Source: Octopus bimaculoides (Eukaryota). Taken from it: a stretch of 63,714 nucleotides of DNA. Below, piece by piece: positions 22,791 to 35,680 of this stretch; the stretch's first letter is position 1; the number at the start of each line of letters is the position of its first letter. The notes under the pieces are model-generated. The model had not been told where the DNA came from. It saw only the letters and a list, made by a program, of their open reading frames with translations, and did not search any database. A program made the translations under genes and the position numbers. The stretch covers positions 41,729,418-41,793,131 of the forward strand of contig NC_068988.1 in the NCBI RefSeq assembly GCF_001194135.2. Direction: 5' to 3'.

Positions 22791-24339
22791 CAGGGCTTTA
22801 AAGCAACACATCACTAACAAGTCATTGTCAGTAACTATATAACTGATAGTTACTTTCAGTACTTCAGTGAAAGACATTAAATATAAAATAAACCACTTAA
22901 TATATTATCAACAAGTAGCAACTTCTAGCATATACAAATACAGAATTTGAATCAATCAGAGACAGGCATTAAAGGTGAGTTAAGTGCATGGCTGGTACAC
23001 CAAAATATAATAATATAAAGATTGACAGTTGCCGTCATAAGAATTTTATAAGTTTCGAGACAACATGAAATAATTCTGTTTTGGAAGAGTGGATCCCGAA
23101 GCACATAAAACTCTAAATAATGGCATGTAAATACTGGGTTCAAAAACCCCTTTTGTATTAATTCGAAGGTTGACTGGGACATGAACCCACATATCCTATT
23201 ATGATATTAGTTACGTCTACAGGAGGTGTGGAATCGTGTTACATAGGCAAACTTCGAATTTTTTTTATCTAATGGATTTTTCAACCCAAAATTTACATGT
23301 TATTATTCATACCTTTAAGTGCTTCGAGATCCAGTTCTCCAAAAAAGAAATATTAACTGCTGAATCGAGAGAAAATGAATAACAGATTTGAGCGAAATAG
23401 TTGTTTTTCGTTAAAAAATTCCCAGTATTTCAATGACAAAACTCCATATTATCTTTGCCGTAATTACATTGCTATTAACAAAAGCTGGTGATATAAATAA
23501 GTGTCAGCATTCCATTTTTGTAAGATTCTATATGAGAATACAGAGCGTGAAATCTTTATGGGAGTTCTTCGTATGAATATTCAATTGCATTGATTTTTTC
23601 TTCAACAGTGATTACCGTAAGAATGAGGTTTAGAATAATAGCATAATGCAAACTACTTTTTACAAATGCAGCCAATGCATATGGAAGTATTCGCACATAC
23701 ATGCATACATACATACATGCATACATACATACATACATACATACACACACACATACATACATACATACATACACACACACACATACATACATACATACAT
23801 ACATATATTTATATATATAGCTAATATGCATAATGCGTATTTTGTGTATAAGAAAATGTATAAAACACATATAGATATATAAAAGCACATATACATCACA
23901 CACACAATCACATACAAATGAATTTATGAATATGTATATGCATAAACACATACATGCTTTCGTATATATATGATTGCTTAAGAAGATAACTGAGGAGGTA
24001 GAGAGGTAGGAGTAGAAAGCTGGAGAAAAATGATGAGAGATAAAAAAAAGGAAGGAGGAGGAAAAGCAGGAATAAAAGACAGGGAATAGTCGAAAAAGTC
24101 GAAGAGAAATGTGAAAAGAAAGGCAGAGAAAGACAGAAAGACAGAAAGCGAGAAAAGAGCGAGTAGGAAGTGCCGGAGAAAGGGGGAGCGATGAAGGAAG
24201 AAAGAGATGGAGAAAGCGGGGGGGGTGCCATGAAGGAAGAAAGAGAAGGAAAAAGACAAGAATTGCAGAGAAGAACGGAAAAACAGGTGGCTTTACTTGG
24301 AGAAACACAAAAGGCGTGTGCACTAATACTTTAATAGGG

Positions 24340-24720
24340 GCATATAAGACCGATGGTGTCGTTTTCCAGCATCCGAGTATGAATTTTCTTTCACCTATAC
24401 AAAGGGTGCATTGCTCTGTTTTTCTGTGGAGGTGCTTGTTTCCCACGATTTTGTTAGAATTACGCTTCAGTTTACTGTGCAGAGCCTTCATTTCTGACTT
24501 GCGTTCTTCTATAGTCTGCGATTCTTCAGCTGTTATCACAGTCTGTACCAATTTTCTTTTAATTGTTTGATGTAGCTTACAAGTTTAGTAGTATTCCGTT
24601 TTTTGATGTTTCTAAATGAGTCGTGGTCGAAATAACTTCAGTTAAAGGGTCATTCAGTCAATCCCGTGTATGATTTTAAGTTGGTGTTCATGTTTTCACC
24701 CACAGATTTGACTTATTTCT
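24340..24720 (-). mobile_element. Penelope-like element GIY-YIG endonuclease / C-terminal fragment
   Basis: Minus strand KSYTGLTE*PFN*SYFDHDSFRNIKKRNTTKLVSYIKQLKE, then QCTLCIGERKFIL (cf. YIGLTExxFKxRxxxH...SFR...TxLSxYIWxLK and CxLCxxEKxxI). Confidence 0.75.
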
Positions 24721-26229
24721 CTTAAATAATTTCCTCTGCGTTACAGGCTACATTCAGCAGACATACGGTGGTGTTCCTGAATGAATGAGCTACAATTCTA
24801 AAGAACGTTTGGCAGAGGACAGAAGCTCTCTGAGGATTGATGCTGCCATAAGTGTTTTTTCTTTTTTCTCCTGTCATCTACCATTATTCTTAGTAGGTAA
24901 ATCTATCAGCAAGTGATGGACTTCGGGTGAAATTTTTCATGTTTCCTGAGATGAGGAGCATTTAACCATCTACTTTTAGACAATTGTGGTTGAAGGCAAC
25001 GTTCATTTCTTCATTAACTCCAATTGAGAACCTAGATAACTCTCTATCTAACTAGAGTCTAAAAAACATATACTGATTGTTCATTTCTACATTGGCGTAT
25101 TCAGAAGATCCAGTAGGTATTATTGAGCAGGTATTCTATGATTTCGCATTCATTCTCTTATGGACTAACCGCACATGGTCTCCTCATGCATCTAAAATAC
25201 AATTCTAGTTTCAAGTACTAAATAACATGACTTTCCCTGAAAAGGTACTGAACGTACTAATACAATCCTGGTGTCCTGACCCACTCGAGGCGCAGACAAT
25301 CGTTCGTTTACATCTGTTTACATCAAGTACCATGGATACACAAAACGAGTAGAGATTACAGGGACAAATTTATAAAAACGCAATATATAAAAACTGAGTA
25401 CGAGAAACAAGACATGAAAATATCACAGTGTAAATGGAAGTGAAAATAGTCGTTCCAACATGGAGACAATTACCTGAAACCATCACGGAACCATCATGGA
25501 ACTTTACAGTTCCCAAATTGATCTAATGGCTAAAATTATGCGCCCTCTAAAAGGTGTGTTTGACCTCTGTGTACGCAGTGAGCAGGCCAATTCTGTGAGG
25601 TCACATAAGGTGCTCTTTCCAATATTTCAAAAAAATTACAGGACGACAGAAGTTTCCTTTCTACCCACATTTTCTGTTCCAAATCGAAATGAAGTGGAAG
25701 AAAGGAAAAAGAGAAGAGAAAAAAAGGGAGAGGAAGGCCAAAAGTAATAAAAATAAAAACAACTGTATTAATGATGAAGAAGATGACAAAGATGAAGATG
25801 ATAATAATGATGATGATGGTGAGGATAATTGGCACAACTATTGGGCGTTAAAAGGGTTACCGTCTAAATATATTTATTATCCGACAAAGTAGCAACACCC
25901 GATACACAAATATAAACTTGCCAAATTTCGTGTTATGAAAAGTCCTAATCGAAACGCATAGACACACATAGATACACTCCACACAGAGAGAGGGGAGAGA
26001 GAGAGAGAGAGATGCCAACACATATAAGCGCACAAAAACACACACACACTGGTACACATACAAACACGGAAAGGTAAATACGCGCCCATATACACACGCG
26101 TACGCATGTATATATGTGGAGATATAAATATGGAAAATATATATAGATATATAGATATATAAGAGAAACAATATTGGACCAAAGATGGAAATAAACAAGA
26201 TACATATGTGTATGTATATGTCGGCGTGG

Positions 26230-26275
<46 letters not shown>

Positions 26276-26874
26276 CATATATAAAATGTTGTGGATATAT
26301 ATCAGTTGTATGTATATTATGCACACACACCTCTCTGTGTGTGAAGATTATTGCGAATAAGGTTACAAAAAACAAAACAATATTGCTTCATCATCACTAT
26401 CATCATCATTATTAATTTTCTATATTTCCATCTTTTTTACATATATTATACTAATATATTTTTGTTATGTATTATTCACATTATTATTTTTTTTTTTTGT
26501 TTAAGATTAGGCTTTTTTGTTTTTACTTTCGCTTTGGCTTTTCGTGTATTTGGTCTTGTTTCATTCACACTAAGTGCAAAGACTAGTGCAGCTGTCAATA
26601 AAATGTTATTGCTTTATATATGGAACATATGGAATTATTTATAGAACGTAAAGGTGCGTTCACTGAGGCTGGTCAAAGAGGCGTTAATGCCCGATATGGT
26701 TTATCATGTTTACATTTTTTAATAATATCAATTTGATCAAACGATATATTCTCTGTTCTGCCGCCTGCCTGGAGCAAGGTGATACTATTCATCAAAACAG
26801 AAATGCTTATATATATATATATATATATATNNNNNNNNNNNNNNNNNNNNNNNNNNNNNNNNNNNNATATATAA

Positions 26875-27600
26875 TTATTTGATTTGATTTGATCTAGTTT
26901 CAGCTCGTGAGCTGTGGCCATGCTGGGGCACCGCCATTTGGTGTTGATACATAATTTTACTTCACTAATTCATTTTAGAAATTGACATTTGGTGCATGAG
27001 TGAGTTTAATGCTGCTGCCCTCATCTGCACCTCCTACTGTGAAGTTGGTTCATCTGGGACACTTCACAGTAAGAGATCTAGTTTCGTTTTGAAAACACCT
27101 ACATCCACCCCATGCAGGTCTCTCATGTACTTCGGGAGGATATTAAAGAGCTGTGGTCCCCCAAAGTCCAGGCTGTTGCAATATCTTATCCTATACCTTG
27201 ATGGCAAATTTGGAGTCCTTGGTACAATGCAGGGGCGCCCTGTTCTAGTGTTAGTGAAACTCTCGATGCCAAAGTTTTGGACAAGTCCCTCCAGAATCTT
27301 CCAGATGTATATTATGGCATATCTTTCTCACCTACGCTCTAAGGAGTAGATTTTTAATCTCTTGGGTCTTTCCCAGTAGCTTATATGCTGCAAAGGGGAT
27401 ATCTTTTCGTGTAGCTTCGTTGGATTGTCTCAAGATCTATAATTAATTTGAAACTGGTTGGTGACAATAGCCGGGAGTAATAGTCAAAGTGGCTTAGGGC
27501 AAATGTCCTCAAGAGGACTATCATGGTTTACCGATCTCTTGTTCTAAAAGTTCTAAGAATCCATCCGGTTAGCCGCCGGCATTTCATTGCGAACATAGCA
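26875..27600 (-). mobile_element. CR1/L2-group LINE 3' end with tail and (ATCAA)n terminus
   Basis: Minus strand: GWILRTFRTR, YWERPKRLKIYSLERR*ERYAIIYIWKILEGLV, GPQLFNILP, VFKTKLDLLL*SVPDEP; tail GGCGGTGCCCCAGCATGGCCACAGC...GAAACTAGATCAAATCAAATC. Confidence 0.9.
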
Positions 27601-27751
27601 ACATGAACATGGAATAATGCATCATATTACTCATGTAAATGCCTAGGTTTTGCATTGTCTCTGGGAATGCAATCCCTCCATGTCCGATGTATTTAATTGG
27701 TATTGGATTTAGTTTTGCATGCTGGTAGCACAAGTCTATTGATACATACAT

Positions 27752-27825
<74 letters not shown>

Positions 27826-27827
<2 letters not shown>

Positions 27828-27896
27828 GAGATGAAGACAGGTGAATAAACAACAAGCAGGTGTATTAGTTTGACGCTCGAGAAAGTGAGAAAGTCT
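27826..27896 (-). mobile_element. Third, truncated copy of the hammerhead-bearing repeat (no ribozyme part)
   Basis: GATGAAGACAGGTG...GTATTAGTTTGACGCTCGAGAAAGTGAGAAAGTCT aligns to 21594-21658 and 29770-29836, then similarity stops. Confidence 0.65.
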
Positions 27897-28054
27897 AATT
27901 GCAGTAGCGAATACTAATATATGTGCGTGTAAATAGGTAAAGGAGGGAAGGGAAAAAAAATAAAGAGTGTCCAACGCAAAAGAAAAATCAGATAGGACGA
28001 ATAGAAAAAAAGAGAGAACCAGGAAGCAAGAGACTTGCACATAGCTTTAATTTT

Positions 28055-28372
28055 TTATTATTTATCTTTTACGTGCTTCAGTTATTAGACTGTGGCCATT
28101 CTGGGGTACCATCTTGAAACACTTTTAGTCGAATGAATCGGCCTCAGTGTCTATTTTATGTTAAGCATGGTACTTATTCTGTAGAATTCTCTTGCCGAAC
28201 TGCTAGCTTTCAGGAGCGTTAACACACCAACACCGGTTGCTAAGCGGTGATGGGGACAAACACAGACACAAAGACACACACATAGATATATACATACACG
28301 CGCACACACACACGCACACACACACGCACACACACACGCACACACATACACACACACACGTACATGCGTACG

Positions 28373-28453
<81 letters not shown>

Positions 28454-28635
28454 GTGTGTGTGTATATGTACGACGGTTTCTTTCAGTTTCCTCCTACCAA
28501 ATCCACTCATAAAGCTTTGGTTCGTCCGAGACTATAGCAGAAGACACTTGCCCTGTATGCCATGCAATGGGACTGAACCCTGGACTATGTGGTCGGGAAG
28601 CAAGTTTCTTACCACACAGTTATGCCTGCACCTAT
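28055..28635 (-). mobile_element. Near full-length family-B SINE with expanded internal (CA)/(TA)/(TG) microsatellite
   Basis: tRNA-like head at ~28560-28630, body, and LINE-like tail GACTGTGGCCATTCTGGGGTACC at ~28088. Confidence 0.85.
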
Positions 28636-29174
28636 CAATATATCTATAGTAACAACTGCACATATGTCATTTTTCATTTTTCCACTTCCATATTTTCAAT
28701 TTCTCCTTGATGTTATGGATCTAGGAAATTGTAAGCTTAAATGCTGTATAAATAATCTACTAGAAAGAGCAGCCAAATATCAACTAGTCTTTACAAAATA
28801 CATTTACTCATTTTAAAATATTGTATTTGAAACTTATAAAAGTCCCTATGATGATAAATCGAGAAACTCTACGTATAAACACCAATTTATTTCTCTCTTT
28901 AGTAGTCTACCTAGCAGATAGCCTCCACACCAAACAAAAGGGGTGGTCACGGTTGGGATCCCTTTCATCATAGATTTGATATATAAGGGTTCACTATAAC
29001 ATCTGCATGAAACGTATATACACATTTATTATATGCAACCTACATAAGTCATCCTCAGCATATACAAAATCCGATATCATAGCTGAATTGGTTATTTTTA
29101 ATACGTACTAATGACTGTGTGCGAGTGTCAGTATCACTTGTATAGGTGTATACATGTATATGTGTGTGTGTATA

Positions 29175-29218
<44 letters not shown>

Positions 29219-29613
29219 CACACACGTATGTACACGCACACGCATATCTCCATATACCCTTATATGCATCACATATACAGATACATCTCTTTCCCCCTTT
29301 GTCTGCCTCTCTCTCATACATGAATATAGAGATTAGATATTTTCTGCATGTCTATACACGTCTATATATGTATTTTTTTTTTCATCTATGGATCCATATA
29401 TTCACCATTTTTCTTTCTATTTGCATAAGCGTATAATTATAGGCACTGTTCAGAGCGCTTTTGCGTGTCTACGTGTTTTTTTTTAAAATTCTTAATTGTT
29501 TGTTGTTGTTGTTTTGTTCTTGTCTGTATAGTTATTTGGTAAGTAGAATTATTTGCTTGTGTGCAAACTCAATCTTGTCACATTGTATATTATCTGTATG
29601 TGTATGTGAGTGT

Positions 29614-29681
<68 letters not shown>

Positions 29682-29740
29682 NNNNNNNNNNNNNNNNNNN
29701 NNNNNNNNNNNNNNNNNNNNNNNNNNNTATATATATATAT

Positions 29741-29915
29741 GGGAGAATTTACGAAAAAAAACAACAACAGACGAGGACAGGTGGTGTAAACAACAAAAGG
29801 ATGTATTAGTTTAACGCTCGGGAATAGAGAAAGTCTTTAACGTTTCGAGCTACGCTCTTCAACAGAAAGAATAACGAGAAAACAAGGAGAAAAACACGGA
29901 GAAAAAAAATTGAAT
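29741..29915 (-). mobile_element. Penelope-like terminal-repeat-type element, copy 2
   Basis: Paralog of 21560-21740. Confidence 0.6.
29834..29870 (-). ncRNA. Minimal type-I hammerhead ribozyme-like motif (core CUGUUGA)
   Basis: Minus strand TCTTT-CTGTTGA-A-GAGC-GTA-GCTC-GAAA-C-GT-T-AAAGA: 5-bp stem I, 4-bp stem II, palindromic ACGT stem III. Confidence 0.55.
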
Positions 29916-29926
29916 GTTGTGGTCAG

Positions 29927-29961
<35 letters not shown>

Positions 29962-30531
29962 CACACATTCTGACACACACATATATGGGAGAGATAAATT
30001 GGTGAGTAGAATTTTATAGGCACCTATGGACAATATCTGGTGGGCGTATTTTGGCTACAATAGATCCCACGCACAAACACGCGCGCACGCACACACACAG
30101 GCACATATGTACACGCACACATGCAAAAACTCACACACATTCACGCACACACACATGTAAGTATTCAGACGGCTTTATATGCATGTATGTTCATTTATGT
30201 ATGTATGTATTATGTACATATGTATACATACATATATCTATTTATTTGAGTATTTGTGTATACTCGTAAAAATGCTCGTATGTTGAGGTATCCATGTTTG
30301 GATTCCCGACAACTCCACTTACTTCTGTATCAGCAGCAAGCCTGTGCTCAGCTGGGTGTGTCCCTTGGATTGTGTTGAAATAAAAAAGAGAATGTGATAT
30401 AGAATCGAGCGTTGATCAAAGAATTCTTAATTAATAATATTGGCATAAGGTTTAATTGGGGTGATAACAGAAAACAAAACAAGATAAAGATAGCTGTGGA
30501 GATGCTGCAACCGTTGGTAATGATTGAGATG

Positions 30532-30578
<47 letters not shown>

Positions 30579-30609
30579 AGTGGTGGTNNNNNNNNNNCGT
30601 GATGTAGAT

Positions 30610-30900
30610 TAGGCCCTCCGTCGCTTACGATGACGAGTGTTCCAGTTGATCCGATCGACGGAAGGGCCTGCTCGTGAAAGTGATTGAACACTTCACAGAC
30701 ACGTTTGCTGGGTCAAGAGAGATTCAGCGTGACACGGAATGTTACGAGAGTGGCCCTTTGAATGTTTGCCAGCTGAGTGAACTGGAGCAACATGAAATAA
30801 ACTCTCTTGCTCAAGGACACAACGTACCACCGGGGATCGAACTCACGACCTTACGATCGCGAGCCGACTGTCCCTAACCACTAAGCCACGCGTCTTCACT
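30610..30900 (-). mobile_element. tRNA-derived SINE, family C
   Basis: Minus head GTGAAGACGCGTGGCTTAGTGGTTAGGG...GAGTTCGATCCCCGG; 3' end ...ACTGGAACACTCGTCATCGTAAGCGACGGAG followed by (ACC)/(AAC) repeats. Confidence 0.85.
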
Positions 30901-30902
30901 CG

Positions 30903-31230
30903 TGATGAAGACAATAATCATACTGATGATGATGATGATGATAATGATGATGACGACGACGACGACGACGATGATTATGATGATGGTGTTGATGATGTTG
31001 ATGATGATGATGATGATGACAGATATGTTTGTTGTATTTCTGGTTGAGATTATGATGATAATCATGATGATGATTGTATTGATGACGACGACAAATATAA
31101 AACTGCTGCTGCTGCTATTGTGGTGTTACTTCTGCTGATAATAACGATTATTGTGTTGAGGATGGATACGTTGATGACGACGACGACGATGACTATGATG
31201 ATGAGGATGATGATGATATTGCGTCTATCT
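30903..31230. repeat. Imperfect (GAT/GAC)n trinucleotide region
   Basis: Direct. Confidence 0.85.
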
Positions 31231-31446
31231 TATGATAATAATGATATCGGCATTTTTAACAAACAAGCCCATAAGCATGTAGAAGCCGCAAGTGTTTGGC
31301 AATGTGATGTGATGACAGTCATGCATATCGCTAGGCCAAGTAGTCTCAACCCACCGAAACGATGTCGAACTCAAAAAGTCAAAAGGTTTATTTAAAGAGA
31401 AAAGGGAAAACAATGAAATCCTCGTATGTTTTCTGGAAAAAAAAAC

Positions 31447-31572
31447 AGAAGAAGAAGAAGAAGAAGAAGNNNNNNNNNNGAAGAAGAAGAAGAAGAAGAA
31501 GAAGAAGAAGAAGAAGAAGAAGAAGAAGAAGAAGAAGAAGAAGAAGAAGAAAAAGAAGAAGAAGAAGAAGAA
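31447..31572. repeat. (GAA)n microsatellite spanning a small gap
   Basis: Direct. Confidence 0.95.
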
Positions 31573-32339
31573 AAAAGGATGGAGGAAGGGAAGAGGGAGG
31601 AGGAGAGTTGCAAGAGAATGGAAGGAAGCGTTGCAGTTTTCGTTGTTCAAATAAACAGACTTCAATGTCAGATTAATTTTAACAAAGATCACTGAACGAA
31701 TATTTGATACATTTTAACCTAGATCGCACTATTTCATCCAAAGTTGGAATAAAAGCTACATCTGAACATTATTTAAGCAATACATATTTCTCCCCTAGTC
31801 AATATGTAATATTTAGCAACCAATATGTGTTGCTAACTACAGTTGTGGCAACATTAGTTACAATAACGCAAAAACAAAAACAAAAAAAAGATTTTGCACC
31901 CTGAAATTATTTCCAAACATGAAAGGAAATTTTTAAAATATGTAATTACCATACAAGCAGAGTCTTATGCTTAGTCACTTGCGTTTGCAAATTAGAATTC
32001 ACTCACACATACTCATAGGCGCGCACGCACACACATACATTCACACACAACAATGTTGGAACTATTAATTTGAATAGCAACAAAGAATAAACATCACGAT
32101 CAGTGACGATAGCACCAACACCAGTAATAAATATTCTATCTATAACAGGCATTGTTGATAAAAGGGAGTGAAAAGATTCGAACCATTTAAAGAATTTGAA
32201 AGGGAATGAAGGAGGTATGTGGTAGAGCATTATGCTTTCCTGCGCCATAAATTTGTCCAAAAATTGTGAGAAAACAATTTTGTACGGTTATTTTTTGCTT
32301 TATTTTTGTGAATATTATGTAATAGTTACTTCTTTGTAG

Positions 32340-32452
32340 TGTTTAGAGAAGCGGGTGGTTCTTCCTGAAGAACCAGAATCATGTGAAGAGATAGTGCAAC
32401 TAGAGCGACATAACCGTCATGGGGCTGGTACCGCAGAGGGAAAGTCACAAGA
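32340..32452 (+). other. Candidate 113-nt internal exon, or part of a decayed LTR-retrotransposon protease region
   Basis: TTACTTCTTTGTAG acceptor (32338-39), open frame CLEKRVVLPEEPESCEEIVQLERHNRHGAGTAEGKSQ, donor AGA|GTAAGC (32453). The same frame continues *ADSGSQ, resembling an aspartic-protease DSG motif. Confidence 0.3.
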
Positions 32453-33791
32453 GTAAGCGGATTCTGGATCACAAGCAGAAATATTTTCACAAGTATTGAT
32501 ACCTGGCTTTTTGCCACGTTAGCGAAAATACAGACATGGGATGAGCATGGAGGTGATTCGTAACAACACGCAGTCGGTTTCAGACTGCATAATGTACAGG
32601 TCCTAATAAGTTCCAAAGACCACTACACCATATTCTGTAAGGCATCAGAAATAAAGAACGACAATCGAACTGGAAATGCAAGGCAATATGAACTGTTGCT
32701 AGACATGTGGCAGAACTTGCTATTTGAGTGTCATTTTTCGTAGATCGACAAAAAACACTTAGAAGTAAAAAAAGGGACAGCAGATAACTGAAAGAACAGT
32801 AATAGCAATATCCCCCATTATGCTCCAGGGACGAAGACTATGGGTGCTGCTTGTGTTGAGTGAAAAGGAGGGGTGAACAAGAAAGAGATTGGTGCTTGAT
32901 AAACTGTTAAGTATTGATCCATTCATCAAGTAATGGTGTAATCTTCCGGTTCAATAGCTACCTACTGAAGTGACTAAATTTGGTCGCAGATTGTGAGAGT
33001 GCATGCTGGTGTGTGTATGTGCGTGTGTGTCTGCGCGCGTGTGTATATACATATATGTATATATGTATGTATGTATGTATATANNNNNNNNNNNNNNNNN
33101 NNNNNNNNNNNNNNNNNNNNNNNNNNNNNNNNNNNNNNNNNNNNNNNNNNNNNNNNNNNNNNNNNNNNNNNNNNNNNNNNNNNNNNNNNNNNNNNNNNNN
33201 NNNNNNNNNNNNNNNNNNNNNNNNNNNNNNNNNNNNNNNNNNNNNNNNNNNNNNNNNNNNNNNNNNNNNNNNNNNNNNNNNNNNNNNNNNNNNNNNNNNN
33301 NNNNNNNNNNNNNNNNNNNNNNNNNNNNNNNNNNNNNNNNNNNNNNNNNNNNNNNNNNNNNNNNNNNNNNNNNNNNNNNNNNNNNNNNNNNNNNNNNNNN
33401 NNNNNNNNNNNNNNNNNNNNNNNNNNNNNNNNNNNNNNNNNNNNNNNNNNNNNNNNNNNNNNNNNNNNNNNNNNNNNNNNNNNNNNNNNNNNNNNNNNNN
33501 NNNNNNNNNNNNNNNNNNNNNNNNNNNNNNNNNNNNNNNNNNNNNNNNNNNNNNNNNNNNNNNNNNNNNNNNNNNNNNNNNNNNNNNNNNNNNNNNNNNN
33601 NNNNNNNNNNNNNNNNNNNNNNNNNNNNNNNNNNNNNNNNNNNNNNNNNNNNNNNNNNNNNNNNNNNNNNNNNNNNNNNNNNNNNNNNNNNNNNNNNNNN
33701 NNNNNNNNNNNNNNNNNNNNNNNNNNNNNNNNNNNNNNNNNNNNNNNNNNNNNNNNNNNNNNNNNNNNNNNNNNNNNNNNNNNNNNNNNNN

Positions 33792-33853
<62 letters not shown>

Positions 33854-34081
33854 CGTGCACGCGTATGAGTGAATGTATTTATTAATACACAACTTGCCGA
33901 TTGACTTGTCAATATACATTACCATCTGGATGAAAGCCTTAATCAGCAGTTTTGCCTGTTCTTCTCTCTTTTCACACAATGTCAGCGTACTCAGGTGGAA
34001 CTAATACCTCTTGGGAGGAGAGAAAACAAAGCAGTGCGATATACAATCTATATAGCAATAAGTATTCCTGTTTGTTCTCGG

Positions 34082-34122
<41 letters not shown>

Positions 34123-34185
34123 TGAATACGTTGACGTCAAAATTTAAAAAGTGAAAATAATACTGACATTTCATTTTAACAGTAT

Positions 34186-34240
<55 letters not shown>

Positions 34241-34242
<2 letters not shown>

Positions 34243-35209
34243 AGAATTACATAGAAATGACTTGAAATACTAAAGACGAAATTTATTCAGTAAAATCGCT
34301 ATTGGCTTCAACCACGGCTTCCGGACGACTTCGGAAACTGCTGCAACTCCTCTGGACGGTCCCCTCGTTTAAGTTGGTGAATGCTGACATAATCCTTGCC
34401 TTCAGTTCATCTTTGGTGTTACAAAGAGCTTTGTAGATCTCTCACTCAACTGCGCCCGCACATAAGAATGAAGGAGCTCGCAGTGTGAGTAGTTAGGTGG
34501 CCAGATGATAGGAGTAATGTGGTCTCACAAATTGTCTGACAGCCGTGACTGAGTCCTCCTGCTCGTGTGGGATGGTGCAGAGTCCTGTTGTCAGACGTAA
34601 GGTCTTCCAGCAGCTACCCTCTTGACCCAGAACAGTACTACCTCCTCCAGGCGCTAGATGTAGGCCTCCGTCTTGAGTCTGAGGCCGTGTGGGAAGATGA
34701 ATGGAGGCATAATGTCGCCATCATTGGCGATCACTCCAAACACCATGATGTTGGTTGAATGTTTGATTTTTATGATTCTCGGTATTTTGGGGATACGGCA
34801 AGCCAACAGTTGTTCTGTATGTTTATCATCTGACCCTCGCAGAATTTTTTCTCGTTTGAGAAAAACAAAAGAATGTTCAGTTTGAGGGGATGCTTGCGTT
34901 TGTTCAAAAGCGTCGTAGCGCGGTCTTTCCTCTTGTCCCTGGTGCCTTGGGATAAAAACTGGTCCTTTCTCATCTTGTATGATGAATACCGGATGTCTTC
35001 ATGCACTACCTACCTAATAAGAAACTCAGATACTCCCATGTCCCTCGCGATAGACCTGATTAACTTAGAGGGATCGTTGTTAATAACGACCTGGATCTCA
35101 CTAACAAATTAAGGAGTTCTTTTCTTATCAGAACGATCAGAGTGAGTTTTCCGAGCTACCATTTTGTATTGAAAATATAAAATGGCGATAATTTATCCAT
35201 CGCACCCTG
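34241..35209 (-). mobile_element. Degenerate Tc1/mariner transposon, DD37D (maT)-like transposase
   Basis: Minus strand begins TA|CAGGGTGCGATGGATAAATTATCGCC. Peptides IRSIARDMGVS, FFSNEKKF, IMVFGVI, QQDSAPSHTS, WPPNYSHCELLHSY; 37 residues separate the D of QDS from the expected third D. Left TIR not seen (a TA run sits there). Confidence 0.88.
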
Positions 35210-35222
35210 TATATATAAATAA

Positions 35223-35274
<52 letters not shown>

Positions 35275-35304
35275 GTAAGTATGTATGTATATATGTAGTT
35301 AAAT

Positions 35305-35680
35305 ACACATATTCTTTTATTCTTTTACTTGTTTCACAGCGGCTATGTTGGAGCACCACCTTGTAGGGTTTGTGTTCTTATTTTTTAAGCCTAGTACTTA
35401 TTCTATCCATATCTAATGCCGAACCACTACGTTACGGGGACGTAAATACACCAACAACGCTTGTCAAGCGCTGATGGGAGACAAACACAGACACAAGTAC
35501 ATGCACACACACACACACACACACACATACGCCGGGCTACTTTCAGTTTCCGTCTACCAAATCCACTCAACGCTTTGGTCGGTCCGATACTATAGAAGAA
35601 GACACATACCCAGTGGGACTGAAAATGGAACTTTGTGGTTGGGGGGCAAGCTTCTTACTACATAGCCACACCTGCACCTA
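35305..35680 (-). mobile_element. Family-B SINE
   Basis: TTTCAGTTTCCGTCTACCAAATCCACTC...CAGTGGGACTGAA...GCCACACCTGC, as in the other B copies. Confidence 0.85.

Noticed and set aside
22860-22980. Strong donor AAG|GTGAGT at 22974/22975 with upstream TTTCAG acceptors
   Set aside because: All three frames contain stops and the acceptor tract is weak; at most a non-coding exon, with no support.
23556-24551. 331-aa minus-strand ORF
   Set aside because: The N-terminus overlaps a decayed Penelope-like fragment; the rest is a pyrimidine-rich tract and (TATG)n.
24748-24900. Possible exon with a 37-codon ORF, and a TAGTAG|GTAAAT fusion resembling a third recursive site
   Set aside because: The donor is weak, the tract is separated from the AG, the peptide is unrecognised, and the site lies next to a Penelope-like remnant.
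30820-30900. tRNA-like sequences (also ~49280-49350 and the family A/B heads)
   Set aside because: They have A/B-box-like motifs but continue into SINE bodies and lack a complete cloverleaf; these are SINE heads, not tRNA genes.
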